Below, one piece after another: positions 49,401-61,900 of a DNA stretch of 64,000 nucleotides. Made by a program: the position numbers and the translations under genes. The notes below the pieces were generated by a model. The model had not been told where the DNA came from and made no database searches. It saw nothing but the letters and a program-made list of their open reading frames with translations. The number at the start of each line of letters is the position of its first letter. Position 1 is the first letter of the stretch. This DNA is from Takakia lepidozioides. Lineage: Eukaryota; Plantae; Bryophyta. The stretch covers positions 14,508,001-14,572,000 of the forward strand of contig CM060731.1 of assembly GCA_030704615.1 (NCBI GenBank), given 5' to 3'.

Positions 49401-50875
49401 TCTTTTCTCGAGCAACACAGCCTTCTACAGTCATCGCATGATTGTTGCGTATATGTCAGCAACGCGAATCCACGGCTCCTCATGTCAATCTGGGTCGACG
49501 ATGGCATAGCCTGCAGCCCGAAGACATCAAAGATCGAATTTGTCCTGGATTATATGGAAGGAGGTTTCAACATCACCCGAGGAACAGCTGAAATCTATGT
49601 TGGCCTCCACATAGTCAGGGATCATGATCGCAGGTTAATTCACCTTGATCAATGGCGGTACATCGAAAGGGTGTTGAAGCGTTTTAACCACGAGAATTGC
49701 AACCCCGTGGCCGTTCCATCCGATCCCAGCAGCGCAGTTCAGCTCACTGTCATGTCCGACAGCACGGAATTACTATCGGTCTTCCTCTATAAAGAAGCAG
49801 TTGGATCATTGCAATTTGCCAGCCTTGGCACACGAGCTGATATCTCATACTCAGTCAGCAACATCTTGAGATTTAGCAACCAGCCTCGACCCCCGCATGT
49901 TTCAGCAGTCAAGCGGGTATTCAAATACCTCAAGGGCACTCTCGATCTCCAACTCACCTATGGTGCCATAGGAAAACCGAACTTACTCTCAGTACACTGC
50001 GATGCTGATTTTGCAGCAGACCCCGATGACAAAAAATCAAGGTCAGGATTTCTACTTATGCTTAATGGTGGAGCTGTTGCATGGGGAAGTAGGAAGCAAA
50101 CTTGCACCGCTGCAGGTACTACCGAATGTGAGTTTGTAGCAGCACATCTGGCTAGCAGCGAGCTACGATGGCTTCGTGGCCTTCTTGACGACCTTGGATA
50201 TCCAGAGCCAGCTCCAACACCACTATACTGCGACAATCAGTCGGCCATTCGTTTGGTCATGAATCCGGTTTTTCATAAACATACCAAGCATATCAGCCTC
50301 AAGTTCCATATCATTCGGGAGAGACAGACAGATGGGACGCTCGCTATGATCTACATCCCAACAGATGACCAAGCAGCGGACATCCTCACCAAACCTTTGT
50401 CTCGGGATCGTTTCCAACAACTTCGCGCACTCATGGTAATCACTTCTGCAAGTGGCTAGAGCACCAGCACATGTGCTGAAGTGCGAGAGTGATAACGTTT
50501 CTAACTTTCAAATTGTTCAGCACAGTGCTGAGTGGGAGTATTGTAGCATTTCCAGTTGGCAGGAAATGCCAGCGCAGCACTGTGCGGTTTGAAAGAGGAC
50601 CAAGCTGTGTGCAACCGCTCGAGAATCCTAACCGTCAGGGCAAGCAAGAACCCCAGTAGCACCTAGCTTATACTCAGGCTAAGACGTCAGTCTTCCATAC
50701 TTGTGCAGTGTGCTTTAGGGCCTCTGTCAGAGCTTAGAAGAGCTCTGTGTCTAGGATTTGTTGCACTTCATGGTACCAATGTCTGGTACGTTGTGAGAAG
50801 TGCTTCGTTGTAATACAATATGCTTGCTTGCTAAAGATACCGTGTGTGCGTGCTGCCTGCTAGGAATGCTTTTTG
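46470..50875 (+). mobile_element. Ty1/copia element B, 3' part: gag end, PR, IN, RT, RNase H, PPT, truncated 3' LTR (50542-~50875)
   Basis: CWKCGMTGHWGKEC, WYVDSGSTDHM, LIHTDLCGP, VRSDRGAE, TPEQNGVSER (ORF 46612-48309); FKAKLVAKGF, YGLKQS, WVDDGI, CDADFA, CDNQSAI, ADILTK (ORF 48963-50459). PPT GAGTGGGAG at 50530, then TGTAGCA. Confidence 0.92.
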
Positions 50876-51220
50876 CTCCCTAACCCTAGCTTACTTTAAC
50901 AGCCACTCTGTGCGGCTGCCCTGTAGCCTTGGCTAATTAATCATAGTTTAGCTTGCCACAACTAGCAGTGGGGTAGATGCAAGGTTAAGTTGGGTGGCTC
51001 CGAAACTGCGTAACATGGCAATTTTTGCAGTGACCTTCCGCAGTGTGGGCATTATTTCTTTTGCACAAAGAGAGTGACCAAGTTGATGTGGCTGCAACTC
51101 AAATGATGAGGTGCACCATTTGTCATCCAAGGTAGAGCTCTTTTGAAGATACAACAAGGAGTTCAAGGGATAGTTCTAGAAGCACTACCCAGTCAAGGAA
51201 GGTCTAGTACAGTACAACCC

Positions 51221-51407
51221 GACAACCAAGTTGTAGCCCAATGGTAATGGGCAGATACCACCTCGGAAGTGGTTGTGGGTTTAATCCACCGATTGGTGTC
51301 ACAAATGTGTCCACCTTCCTCCTGGAAGGCAGTAGCCCTTCGGGGTCAAGGGACACCATAATTTACGTTTCCTTCGGGAGGCGTTGTGTATATATATATA
51401 TATATAT
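51221..51407 (+). mobile_element. tRNA-derived SINE, copy 1
   Basis: A-box-like TAGCCCAATGG, B-box-like GGTTTAATCC, (TA)n tail; homologous to the inverted copy at 52967-53955. Confidence 0.7.
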
Positions 51408-51954
51408 ACCCTACTCATGGATGCACCTCTATGGAAAAACATCTTGACAACGAACATACAAGTGATTTGTCCAGGTACAAGTTGGAGTACTTGAAGGGCA
51501 CCACGTGAGCAAACAAGATTTGTTCGACCGAAGTAAAAAAAGCGGAAGGTGTTGTCATCATCTTCCATCATAGAGTTTTTTGGGCAGCAATGAGCATGTG
51601 GCAAGAATGACCCTGCCCAGCTCCGGTTCATTGAGGATTTTGTAGTACGTCTCCATATTACAAAAGGGTATGAGACCTCGTGTTGTATTGAATCCACATG
51701 GCTGCGTTGTCTTGTTATGAGACGAGATGGAAGGTAAGATTTCGGCTGACTCGCAAACAACTTGGAAATGATTAGATCCCATCCCATAAACCAAGTCAAG
51801 CCAAGGACACCCATGCTAAGGGAATCCACCCTACAAAGCACTCACCACACTCCCTCTCAATACTTAGAGCTATGGAGGTGCCAACAGAAAACAAATTCCG
51901 CTTCAGTTGTGGGACGTAAAGAACATTGTGAAGGATTCCATCCTCCTTAGTAGT

Positions 51955-52898
51955 ATGGACCTCTAGCTGACCAAGAAAACCAGCAATACCCTCATTGTCT
52001 TGAAGCTCACACTTAAAGAAACTCTGCTGTAGGGAGTGAACGTGTTCTCAGACAAGTTTTGCTGATCATGCAGGAGCGTCAACTTATCCCAGATTGCCTT
52101 GGAAGTAGTGCATGACATGATATTATTTAGATATGCCTTATCTAAAGAGGAACATAACAGGCTGATAGCCTGGTTGTCACGTTTCAGTCTGCTCGTTGAG
52201 CAGCGGGTGGATTTGGCTCAGAGCCATCGACTATGCTCATCAAATCTCTCCCGTAGAATACCGCACGCATTTGGAACTTTCACATATGGAAGTTCTCACC
52301 GTTATACCTTTCTATGTTTCCCAGATCCCTAGCATTGTCACCCATGACGTAGGACCTAAGAAAGAACGCAGAAACGACCGTTTGCAGTTAGGACATCAAA
52401 AAGAGTCTCTAGAGATACAACAGCAGGGACAACTTTTGAACAAAGAATATACTTAACAGCAGAAACGACCTCTGCAGTTTACACGCTTGAAGCAAATAAA
52501 GATAGAATAAGCTGAGGCGTAGTAAGGAAGACATGCTAGGGCCCATAACCTACTAAAGTATAAAGCATAAAGCATTCCCAACAGGCAGCACGCACACACG
52601 GTATCTTGAGCAAGTAAGCATATTGTATTACAACGAAGCACTTCTCACAATGTACCAGACACTGGTACCATGACGTGCAACAAATCCTAGACACGGAGCT
52701 CTCCTAAGCTCTGACAGAGGCCCTAAAGCACACTGCACAAGTATGGAAGACTGACGTCTTAGCCCGAGTATAAGCTAGGTGCTACTGGGTTCTTGCTTGC
52801 CCCGACGGTTAGGATTCTTGAGCGGTTGCACACAGCTTGGTCCTTTTTCAAACAGCACAGTGCTGCGCTGGCATTTCCTACCAACTGGAAATGCTACA
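51955..52898 (-). mobile_element. Ty1/copia element B, 5' part: 5' LTR (52898-52551), half-tRNA-Met PBS, gag N-terminus
   Basis: LTR is the reverse complement of 50542-50875 and has TG...TA termini. PBS GGTTATGGGCCC at 52550-52539. Gag MGDNARDLGNIERYNGENFHM*KFQMRAVF from 52345. Confidence 0.88.
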
Positions 52899-52966
52899 AT
52901 ATATTACATACATTACATATCTTGTACCATCCATGATGGACTAGATAGCGTTCAAGAGGAAGGGGA

Positions 52967-53955
52967 ATATATATATATATATAGACGCCTCTGGAAGGGA
53001 GCTTAAATTATGGTGTCTCATCACCACAAAGGCTACTACCTTCCAGCTGAAAGGTGGACACTAGTGTTGTGCGGGTACCCTCTTAGGCGGGTTGGAACCA
53101 GCGGTTCCAGTTCCAGTTCATGGGAACCGGAACTGGAACCGGAACTGGAACCGGGGGAGAGGGACGAGCCGGTTCCAGAACCGGAACCGGGGGGTCAGTG
53201 GCGGTTCCGGATCTGGTTCCCGCACTAGGGGTTTTTTTTTTTTTTTTTTTTTGGATCTGTCGTCTCTCACCTCCAATCTGCGCGATCTACTCCAGTAGCG
53301 CGACTTCAGCGCGGGGGAGGGAGCAGCGCCCCAGCGTGTGGGGGAGGCCGGAGCAGCACATGGGGAGTAGGCAGTGGGTTTTTATTTATTTTTATTTTTT
53401 ACACATTGTATCGTCTCTCGTGTTGGTGAGCTCTTCCATGAACGAGTTTTTGAACAGTGAGGAAGTCCTCTTAGATGACAACGAGGAGTTGATTGCAGAG
53501 GCCGAGTTGTTTGAGATAGAATGATTTCTTTATGTACTCTACACACATTGATTTATACTCGCTTACATTGCATTATTATTATTTCATAAAGTTGTATATG
53601 AATGTTGTGTTGTTTCTTTTTAACATGGTTAAAATATTTGATATAACTAATGGGGATTCACAAATCATTTTCAGATTTATAAAAAACCGATAAAAAATTT
53701 AATAGATATTTTTAAATTCAAAAAATAATGAACCGGAACCGGAAACTGGAACCGGTGGCTCCTTCTCAAAAAATACCCGAAACTGGAACCGCCTCTTTAA
53801 ATATACCAAGGAACTGGATCGGGAGGTTCCTTCAATATGGCAAGAACCGCACAACACTGATGGACACCTTCATGACACACCAGACCGCGGTTTGAACCCA
53901 CAACCACATCCAACATGGTATGTGCCCATTACCACTTGGCTACATGCTGGTTGTC
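52967..53955 (-). mobile_element. tRNA-derived SINE, copy 2, interrupted by a hAT MITE
   Basis: Minus-strand TAGCCAAGTGG and GGTTCAAACC boxes near 53890-53945; body and TA tail resume at 53061-52967. Confidence 0.7.
53062..53859 (+). mobile_element. Non-autonomous hAT element (MITE-like), 798 bp
   Basis: TIR TAGTGTTGTGCGG / CCGCACAACACTG; 8-bp TSD GTGGACAC / ATGGACAC; GGAACC subterminal repeats; retains a transposase-like tail EFLNSEEVLLDDNEELIAEAELFE. Confidence 0.85.
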
Positions 53956-55749
53956 AAAGGGGAATAGTGTAACTTATGTAGCAAGGTGGAGCCGTGGGAG
54001 TGGCGAAGGCGGCTACATTTCCTGAACTCTATCGGACGTAGTCTGTCATTAGGAGTGCACTTTACATCCATATTTTGCTACTTTACATCCAGAATTGTCA
54101 CAACGCATCCAAAAAATGTGGAGCCCTCGCTATCAAATATAGGGCTCATCCTCATAACCAATGGCATTTTGCCACATCACCCAAAGCGCTCTTCATACTA
54201 GCTAATATTGTAGTCATGATACTCATACTCATATGGCCAGGACCAGTATGGTATGTCCTGATACCAGAACAACACTGCTTTTAACTTTTAACCCCTCCCC
54301 CCACCCCACGTATTAAATTTAGCCCTCCGGCAGCAGGAGAAAAATTCAGAAGTGCCCACTATGACATTCATGCACCACTCCGTCAGTGTAGAGCGCGCAC
54401 GGAGGACCGAGGACGACGTTTGCGGGGGCTTGCGAGGACCTTAGCTGGTATCTGAAGGAGTGAGCGAGTTTTTGGAGCTACGCTGCAAGCAGCAGGTGCG
54501 GCCCCAAATGGATTCAGTACATGCAGATGGCTTCAACCTGTAGGTAATATGAAAGTATATCTAGTTAAGAGCATCGCCCAGGAAAAAGTGTGGACTCCCG
54601 AACACGAGAGAAATTAGATGATCGATGGTAAACTATGAATGTGTCTACAGTCTAAATGAATGAACAAGCACCTCGAGCTACGTACTAGCTCCACATGTAT
54701 TGCAATTCCAAATGAGCTACAAGTTTAATATTCCTCAAAAGGTCGATTGACTCAGGACTACAGGAGGTACGTGGCCGACAGACTGGCCAGTAGCATCACA
54801 TATCTCACAATTCACGATGTGGAGAAGTTCGGGGTCGAATCGTCGTACTCAGATACACTAAATTGACTCGGGTGATGTTGGAGCTCACAGTTATCCCAGT
54901 ACATGTGAACATATTGATCAACCTGGAACTCGTACTCTTTCCAGGAGGAGAGATTTAGTCTCCCTGAGATAGAGATCTGTGCATGATGCGACTGTGAAAA
55001 GTTGCAGCAGTGGGGGGGGGAGTGACTGAGCAGCAGCTGACCTGAAAGAACGCGCCCTTGATTCTATCTACGGATTGTGACACCCTATCTATGTGTAGGG
55101 AATTAACCCTTGTTTTCCTGACACAAAGAAGTCAACCCTGTACAGAAATATCCCGCCAGCTTCCCAAGACCACAGTGACAAACCTCCTGCAAGTTTGGGT
55201 TATAGAGTGGCCCGATGTGCTGAGTCCTGATGCCGGCACAATCGACTAGAATATTCATGGGATGTGGATTGCGAACCATTTCAAATGGTCAAAAGTTTGC
55301 TCTCGTGTATAATTTACCCTGGAAGTAGTGCCTGGCACATCAACTCAGGAATCTAGATCATAAACCTTGGGCCAAGCTGAGCCAACAGATTATATTGGTG
55401 GAAATATTGAACGTCTAGGGAAAACTCTAAGCAGCCACTGGGGCTTGGATTCATGTATATTCACCTTCTAATCATCAATTCCTGGACTGCATTTGTGAAG
55501 AAGTGGGGAAGAAGGACTTCTTGGGCATTTCTCCTTGTCGAGTCCTGAGCACTATGGCGCCCTCCTTGCCCCGGGTGTAGATCAGGATGTCCCTTCCCTT
55601 TGTGAGCTCAAGCAGCTGCGCTTTGAGGTCCTCCGTCAAACGATAATTGGCGAGTAGAACCGAGAGGGGACCTTCTCAAGTGCCACTCCATGGTGCACAC
55701 TAGGTTTGGCCACACCAGGGCTTCCAAATCGGACCTTTACCTCAGGCTG

Positions 55750-58700
55750 CTAACCTGTACGTTCTACAGTTAATAGTGTACTGGTATGAACATCGCCTTG
55801 TGTCTCATTCGAACTGGGCCGATCTCCATGTTCGACACATTGATCTGACGGGAATTGTTGGACACCACTTTGGAGAGAAGTGGAGCCCTCCAAATTGACA
55901 CTACCTGGTCGCACCTCAAGATTCGAGCAATATTTTTTGGGCATTTGCTGTGGCCCAGGGCTTTCAGGCGCACATCCTACCTGATCTCCTTGATTGGTCG
56001 CCCACCGCTGCATCGAAGGGCCCTGTGTGCCTTGAGGATCAGGATGTGCTAGAGTACAGGATGTGCCAGCCCCATCTGGACTAATTCCCTGGGCTATATC
56101 TATCTTTAGAGACTCCAATATCCCTCCAGGACCCTTCCGTTTCCTGTTCTGTGCTATGAGCAATATTGGGCTTGCTTTACTTGAGTCGGACCGATCTGAT
56201 GTCGCTGAGGACGCGCTTTCGCTGTTGGATCTTGCGTGAGGACCTTCGATGACTCTCGAAGCCTCTAGAGGAGGACTCTTTGTGAGCTGTGCCGAAATTT
56301 CAAGACCGTTATCGACGCTACTTGTATTTATGTACACATGAATGTGGGACCCCACTCCTTCGGACTGTTGATGACCTTGTTGCTTGCCTCGATAATTTGG
56401 CTCGAAACTCCTCAAACATTCCTCATTAAACGGTGATGGGGACAAGTCCTCAGAGCGCGCACTAGAGGATACAGCAGCTGGAACCGACCTTGAATACTGC
56501 GCAAATGCGTGAGAATGGGTACCTGAGCTTGAGAGGGTTCCGTGACTTGAAGGGGCATACACCTCAGTGACCTGTGTTGTTGTCGTCTCGCATCTGTCGC
56601 TGAGTCCCGCCGGCTGAAAATTAGAGATTTGGATTGGATTTGTAACTGCGCTTGCGATATTTACTCCGAAAAGCCGTGTGCCTCTGCTGGTACTCGAAAG
56701 TTCTTCATTTCTTGGTTGAACGCTTGTGGTGCCATCGACACCTCCCTCTGTACATATGCCTTGTAGATGTAGTGGGATGTCGATATCATCTTGGTTTTTC
56801 ACATCTTGCAATGCCCATGGATCTGAAGGAGTCAGGTATCCTGCCGAGGGTCCAATCGTTGTTGAAAGTCTCGGATTTCCGGAGAATGAATTGAGATGTC
56901 CTACGATTGCGCCCGCTGATATACCCAAAGTTGACCTAAGCATCTGGCTGTAAAGAGCCCCATACAACGTCCTGTCTGTACTTGGTTGTGTACTTGAGGA
57001 GACACTTAAGTCCTCTGGTGAGGCAAAATTAAAAGGTTGCCAAACGGAAGTGTTCGAGGGGCCCCCGTGAGTCTTTGAGCCTGGAGGACATGTATCGTTA
57101 GATTGTCCCATCCATGCACTCCGGAGTGGGGGTGACCTATCAAGGTTAGATAGGCGTCCTGCTTGCTTCCGCCGAAAATCAATGTATAGTTCCATACTGA
57201 GTCCCCGCTCGAACAAAACAACGTCCCCAGCATCAAGCTTCTTCTCCTTCACAAATCTGCTCCATCCCTTTGTAAGCACATAACTCTGGCTACTGTTCCA
57301 GTACGAGTATCTAAACCGCCAATGCTTGCCTTCAGAGACATCTTCAAATGAGAGTGTTTTCCCAGGTGAATTTGCCGTCAGATCGAGAGGAAAACATCGC
57401 TCTGCGTGCTGCTTGGGAATCACAAGCCTATTAAGCTTTCCTACATCACTGGGGGTTACTACCTTCTCAAATAGCTGTTCTCGCACTTGGGAGCTTCCCC
57501 CTGGTCCACTAACAGCTCGTGAAGTGGCTGCGATATTACTACTGGCATGACCTATGGTCTCGTTTGGCAGAAGACTGAAAGAAGCTGCATCAGCTGATTT
57601 GTGAATCCCAGAGCTTGACGACCTGTGGGTCCCAAGTTCACCTAGTCGACGTGCCAGGTTAGCTGCCACTGATGTGCCATCCATATTTAACAACGTTGTC
57701 TTCCTGCTTTGCTCAAGCTCTTCATGATATGTGTGGCGCCGCAACATCTCTACTATCTGCTCCTTGGTGTATGTACACAGAAAGTCAGCCTCAAAATCAC
57801 TTTCCTGGACAGGCCGAAAGTTGGTCATTGCATCACGACCCCGGAACTTGATTGCTGCCCTATCGTATGACCGTGCAGCTTCCTCTTCCGTGTTGAAAGT
57901 TCCCAACCAAATACGTTGGTGTTTTTCGTATATTTGGGCACCCCATCGTCCGTTCGACTGAGACACTACCCCACGGAACTGTGAAGACGGTAGCTTGCTG
58001 CTGCTGGGTTCCCGCCCACGATCATCTCCATTGTCCGAATCCCCATAGCCTGCGAAGTTAGACGCGGCGGTGGTGGGGCGTACCAAATCACTCCTCACCA
58101 GATCCCAGGCTCCTGTTGGCCACGACTTTACATCCCCCGCGTTTCGAAAACTTCCAGGCTGCAAGCCAGATCCTGTGCATCGTATATATAGCTTCAGATC
58201 AGTAAACTCGAACTCATTCATGTGGATCATCCCCTAAAGTCAGAGTTTAGATCATCCCGTGTAGCTAGACAACTAGCATTCATGAATGATCAGTGAAGAA
58301 GTATACATGCATCTAAGCAGTCCAAAAATTTATCCAAGTTTTACGAAATCACAACCTTGAGTGCACTGGTCAGAAATTTCCTTTTCACGCTAGTCTACAG
58401 TACCTGGAAAGCGCAATGTAGGGGTTTCCTCGTTCATGGAAACATCGTCTGAGCTCACTAGATCTGCATTCAAGCTTCTCCAGTGTTCAGATACTGATCT
58501 CGTACGTGCTAATTCCACACTCTGTGTTGCCCCGCATGGTAATGCGACCCCCATTTGTATGACAGTCCTCGATCTGTGACCTTCATGATCATCACTGTGA
58601 CGCTCCACTTTGGCAATTGATGTGATAGACGGGCAGCTGGCCGTCAGTACTAATGTAGCCGGATGCTCTACAGTGATTCCTAAAGACGCTGTCTTTTCCT

Positions 58701-58977
58701 CAACAGATGAAACCTCCCGATTCCCACATGTAGTCATCCGTTGCCTTCCCACATTTTCTGGAAGGTCAGTGGTATCAATTTCATCTGCTCCTTCACTGGG
58801 ACTTCGCAAGTTCTTGGGGCTGGAAACGTCACTATTTGAAGATGATGAGACTGACGGATCCAAGTTGCTTAACCGCAGGGTCACATCAGGGCCAACCGCG
58901 CACAGTCCTCTGAGGTCCTGATATTGCTCACTTTGCATGCGTAGCAATGGCCACCTGGTGTCGGCCCACATATCCAT
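55750..58977 (-). CDS. RAV: RAV-family AP2/ERF + B3 transcription repressor; exons 58977-58404 and 58172-55750 (about 998 aa; start Met uncertain)
   Basis: AP2 [44 protein letters not shown]; B3 [25 protein letters not shown]...[27 protein letters not shown]; RLFGV repression motif. Phase-1 intron 58403-58173 joins ORF 58390-59043 in frame. Confidence 0.92.
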
Positions 58978-61900
58978 AATCTTCGCATCCTGCCCAGACA
59001 AATTCGAGATTTCGTAAAATGTTAGTCTTGAGCAGGAACACAATCGGGATGCTACTTGCTTAAAAATTCCAAATGTTCAACAAGCGAACTCGCAAGGAAG
59101 AAGAGATGAGAAATGATGTATGTACACGTCATGTCTTGAATCGGAGGTTGCTTGGTCCGTGTAGTGCAGCCTATCTTTGGAAAGCGCATGCAATTTACTA
59201 CTGATCAGTCCAACTGCCATCGAAAACTGTAGATAACATATAAAGTTGTTCAAGAGCTTAGAATGTGGAATCCAGGCAGCGAGGACACCAAAGTTTGCAA
59301 CTTGATGTCCACTCGGAAGTTCCCAAATAAATCTCAGAACTGGTCAGATCTGAGTTAACTAAGTTCTGTATTCATTGAGAGCCTGGTGGATTGGAGGCTC
59401 CCAAAATCTCGTGTATGTACTTGTAGCCCCTCCATATCTGGAATGAGCTACTTTTCACCTATCATGGAGGAACATTTTAGCATATTCGATACGTGTGTTT
59501 CCGAACTGGTGAGCTCACCAGTGGTAAATCATCTGCTGACGGTCTGGGCCGTTCTGAAGATTCCTCTCAACTGATTTAGACAAGTCGTAACTTTAGCTCT
59601 AGGGATGACCAGGTACAAAAGAAAGACTGAAGTACATACATTTGTAGGTCTACTATCAAGAATGCCACAAACCTTGGGAAGCATGAGAGGGCGCAGTGGT
59701 ATGAAAGCAGTGGCTGCGGTCATACTGTTGTTGTACTGTCAAAGCTTCGTCCTGTTACACACCCCACAGTTAACAAACCCCGCTTTCAGCTGTGCATAAG
59801 AGCTCTATCGAGCTATGAGGGTCTGGTGTTCAAAAGGGAGAGAACTGGGCCGCAGAAAGCTTCCAAAGTTAAGAGGACATCTGCAGCTCACCCACCCGAT
59901 CTTGACATGGAGATGAGAGGAAGGTAGTGAGGAGGGAGATGGGGGGACATAGGAGCCTGGACCAGGAATTAAAACCGTTTAAGCTGAAGCACTGACACTA
60001 TTAAAAGAGTGCACGTTTTTGTCTACGACTTTGTGTTCGTGGGTTTCCAAACTAGTCCCAGTGACAACTGTTCTGCAGGCATCCCTCCAGGCGGTCTTAT
60101 TCCTGTTTTTGCGTGTGTTGCCCGGTTGCGGAGAGATGGAAGAGCAGTCTGACAGATATGAGACATTCAGAGAGAGGACGGCAAGAGAACCAGAGCTCCA
60201 AACACTCGTTGATAAACAGAAGGGAGCTATAAATCCCCAGCCACAGACAGCTCAGGCGTCAGACCCGCAGGTGCGCAAAAAGAGAGACAAAGCTAGGGCT
60301 GTAAGAAGGAAAGCCATATCTTCTTCACTGCAAAGGGGCCCGCAGCCACGAGGAGCCCTCTTTATCAGCGGACGAATTCCGTTCCTGGCTCCGAGCCTCC
60401 CTCTGTTCGTGTTGTGGCATCATCTCATCCAGAATCCGGATGATAGAGAATGATTCCATCCAATCAGCCCTGGTTATCACCCTGGTTATCAAGGTGATAA
60501 GTCAAACTGGCTAGATATAGGAAAGGAGGACAGTTACAGTCGGGAACTTCGAGGAGATCCATGTGAACAGAGCGCAGTGCGCAGTTCCTTCTAGACTTTA
60601 CTGTCTCTGCGGAGACAGAACTCTGTAGTACCTGCGTACCACTAGCTTGTTTTGAGATGATTGTCACTTGGCTGCTCTACAAGAAGATCGAACCCTCCAG
60701 GCTCTCACCATTTGTCTGTACAGATAAATATGACTTGGAGCTGGATCCACCGATCGTCACATACATGTAACGGCATGCTCTGAACATGTGAGTGTTAATG
60801 TACAAGAAGTCGAATGCAAACCTTGGCACCTGTCTCTTGGTCCCCAGTCTCCAAGCGAGTTGTGAGCACTAGATGCCTTTAACGTCGAATTTCGTAGATC
60901 AATTGATGATCAATTGATCAATTAAGTAGATGATGAATATCATCTATTTCTTCCTCTTAAATTTTGTCTCTGATTCCTTCGCATTCTCAAAAGCTCTCCC
61001 TCACACACATGTATATGCCATCAATTGGAGACCCCACGAAATTGATATATATTCCTAGTTAGGGTACATCTATATATGCACTCCAGATTCAGATATAAAT
61101 CCGAATCGATTCAACTGACATGACACATGTATTTCCCACGAAACAGAAAGGTGGGGCTTATTGCAATTCCTCAGGGAAATACTGTATGCAGTCACCGGCA
61201 CTCTGGTTGACAGATCATCGCGAAGGGTAACCCCTTTGAATTATCCAGACCAGGTACACGTTGCTTAGTGCATGATGATCCGGGGTATGGTTACAGCTGT
61301 TGCCATCAACGATAGTGTGCCTGCTCCTATTATTTGGCCTTAAGATGGAACGTCCTCTAGATAACAATCCCATAGATAACAATCCCAGATGACCCAAACC
61401 ATCAACTACTAGGACCAATCAATACTTGATCTCATAATCGAGCTTATACTCGAGCTATGCGCCCCATTTTCTTGAATGCAATCGATACAAACCGATATAA
61501 GAAAAGAAACTCTCGGACGTCGCGAACTTTCTGTATATCAACTTTCTTTATATCGAGAACTTAGGCTTTTAATCTGAGAAAAATGAGGAGCTATGACTCA
61601 ATGATTTAAGCAGGTAACAGTGCTCACAACAAATATCAATTACGAAAAATCTGCACAAACTGACTTCAGGGATAATTAGCTTGATTCGTGTACTGAGCAG
61701 AAAGCGATATGAAGTTTAAGTGGTGGATTAGAAGCTCTGGGGTATAAAGATCATACAGGAGTCGAAAATCCTGTGTCATGAAAACGGCCACAAACTGGGA
61801 GCGTAGGGAGCGGCCGAATACTGAGCACTACGTGAGATTTAAAAACCCCTGCTTTCAGCTTTTCATTTAACTCTTTCGGAGCTCTTAAATATCTCCCGGA

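Noticed and set aside
53120-53524. GT-repeat ORF (MGTGTGTG...)
   Set aside because: Translation of the MITE's GGAACC repeats and poly-T tract.
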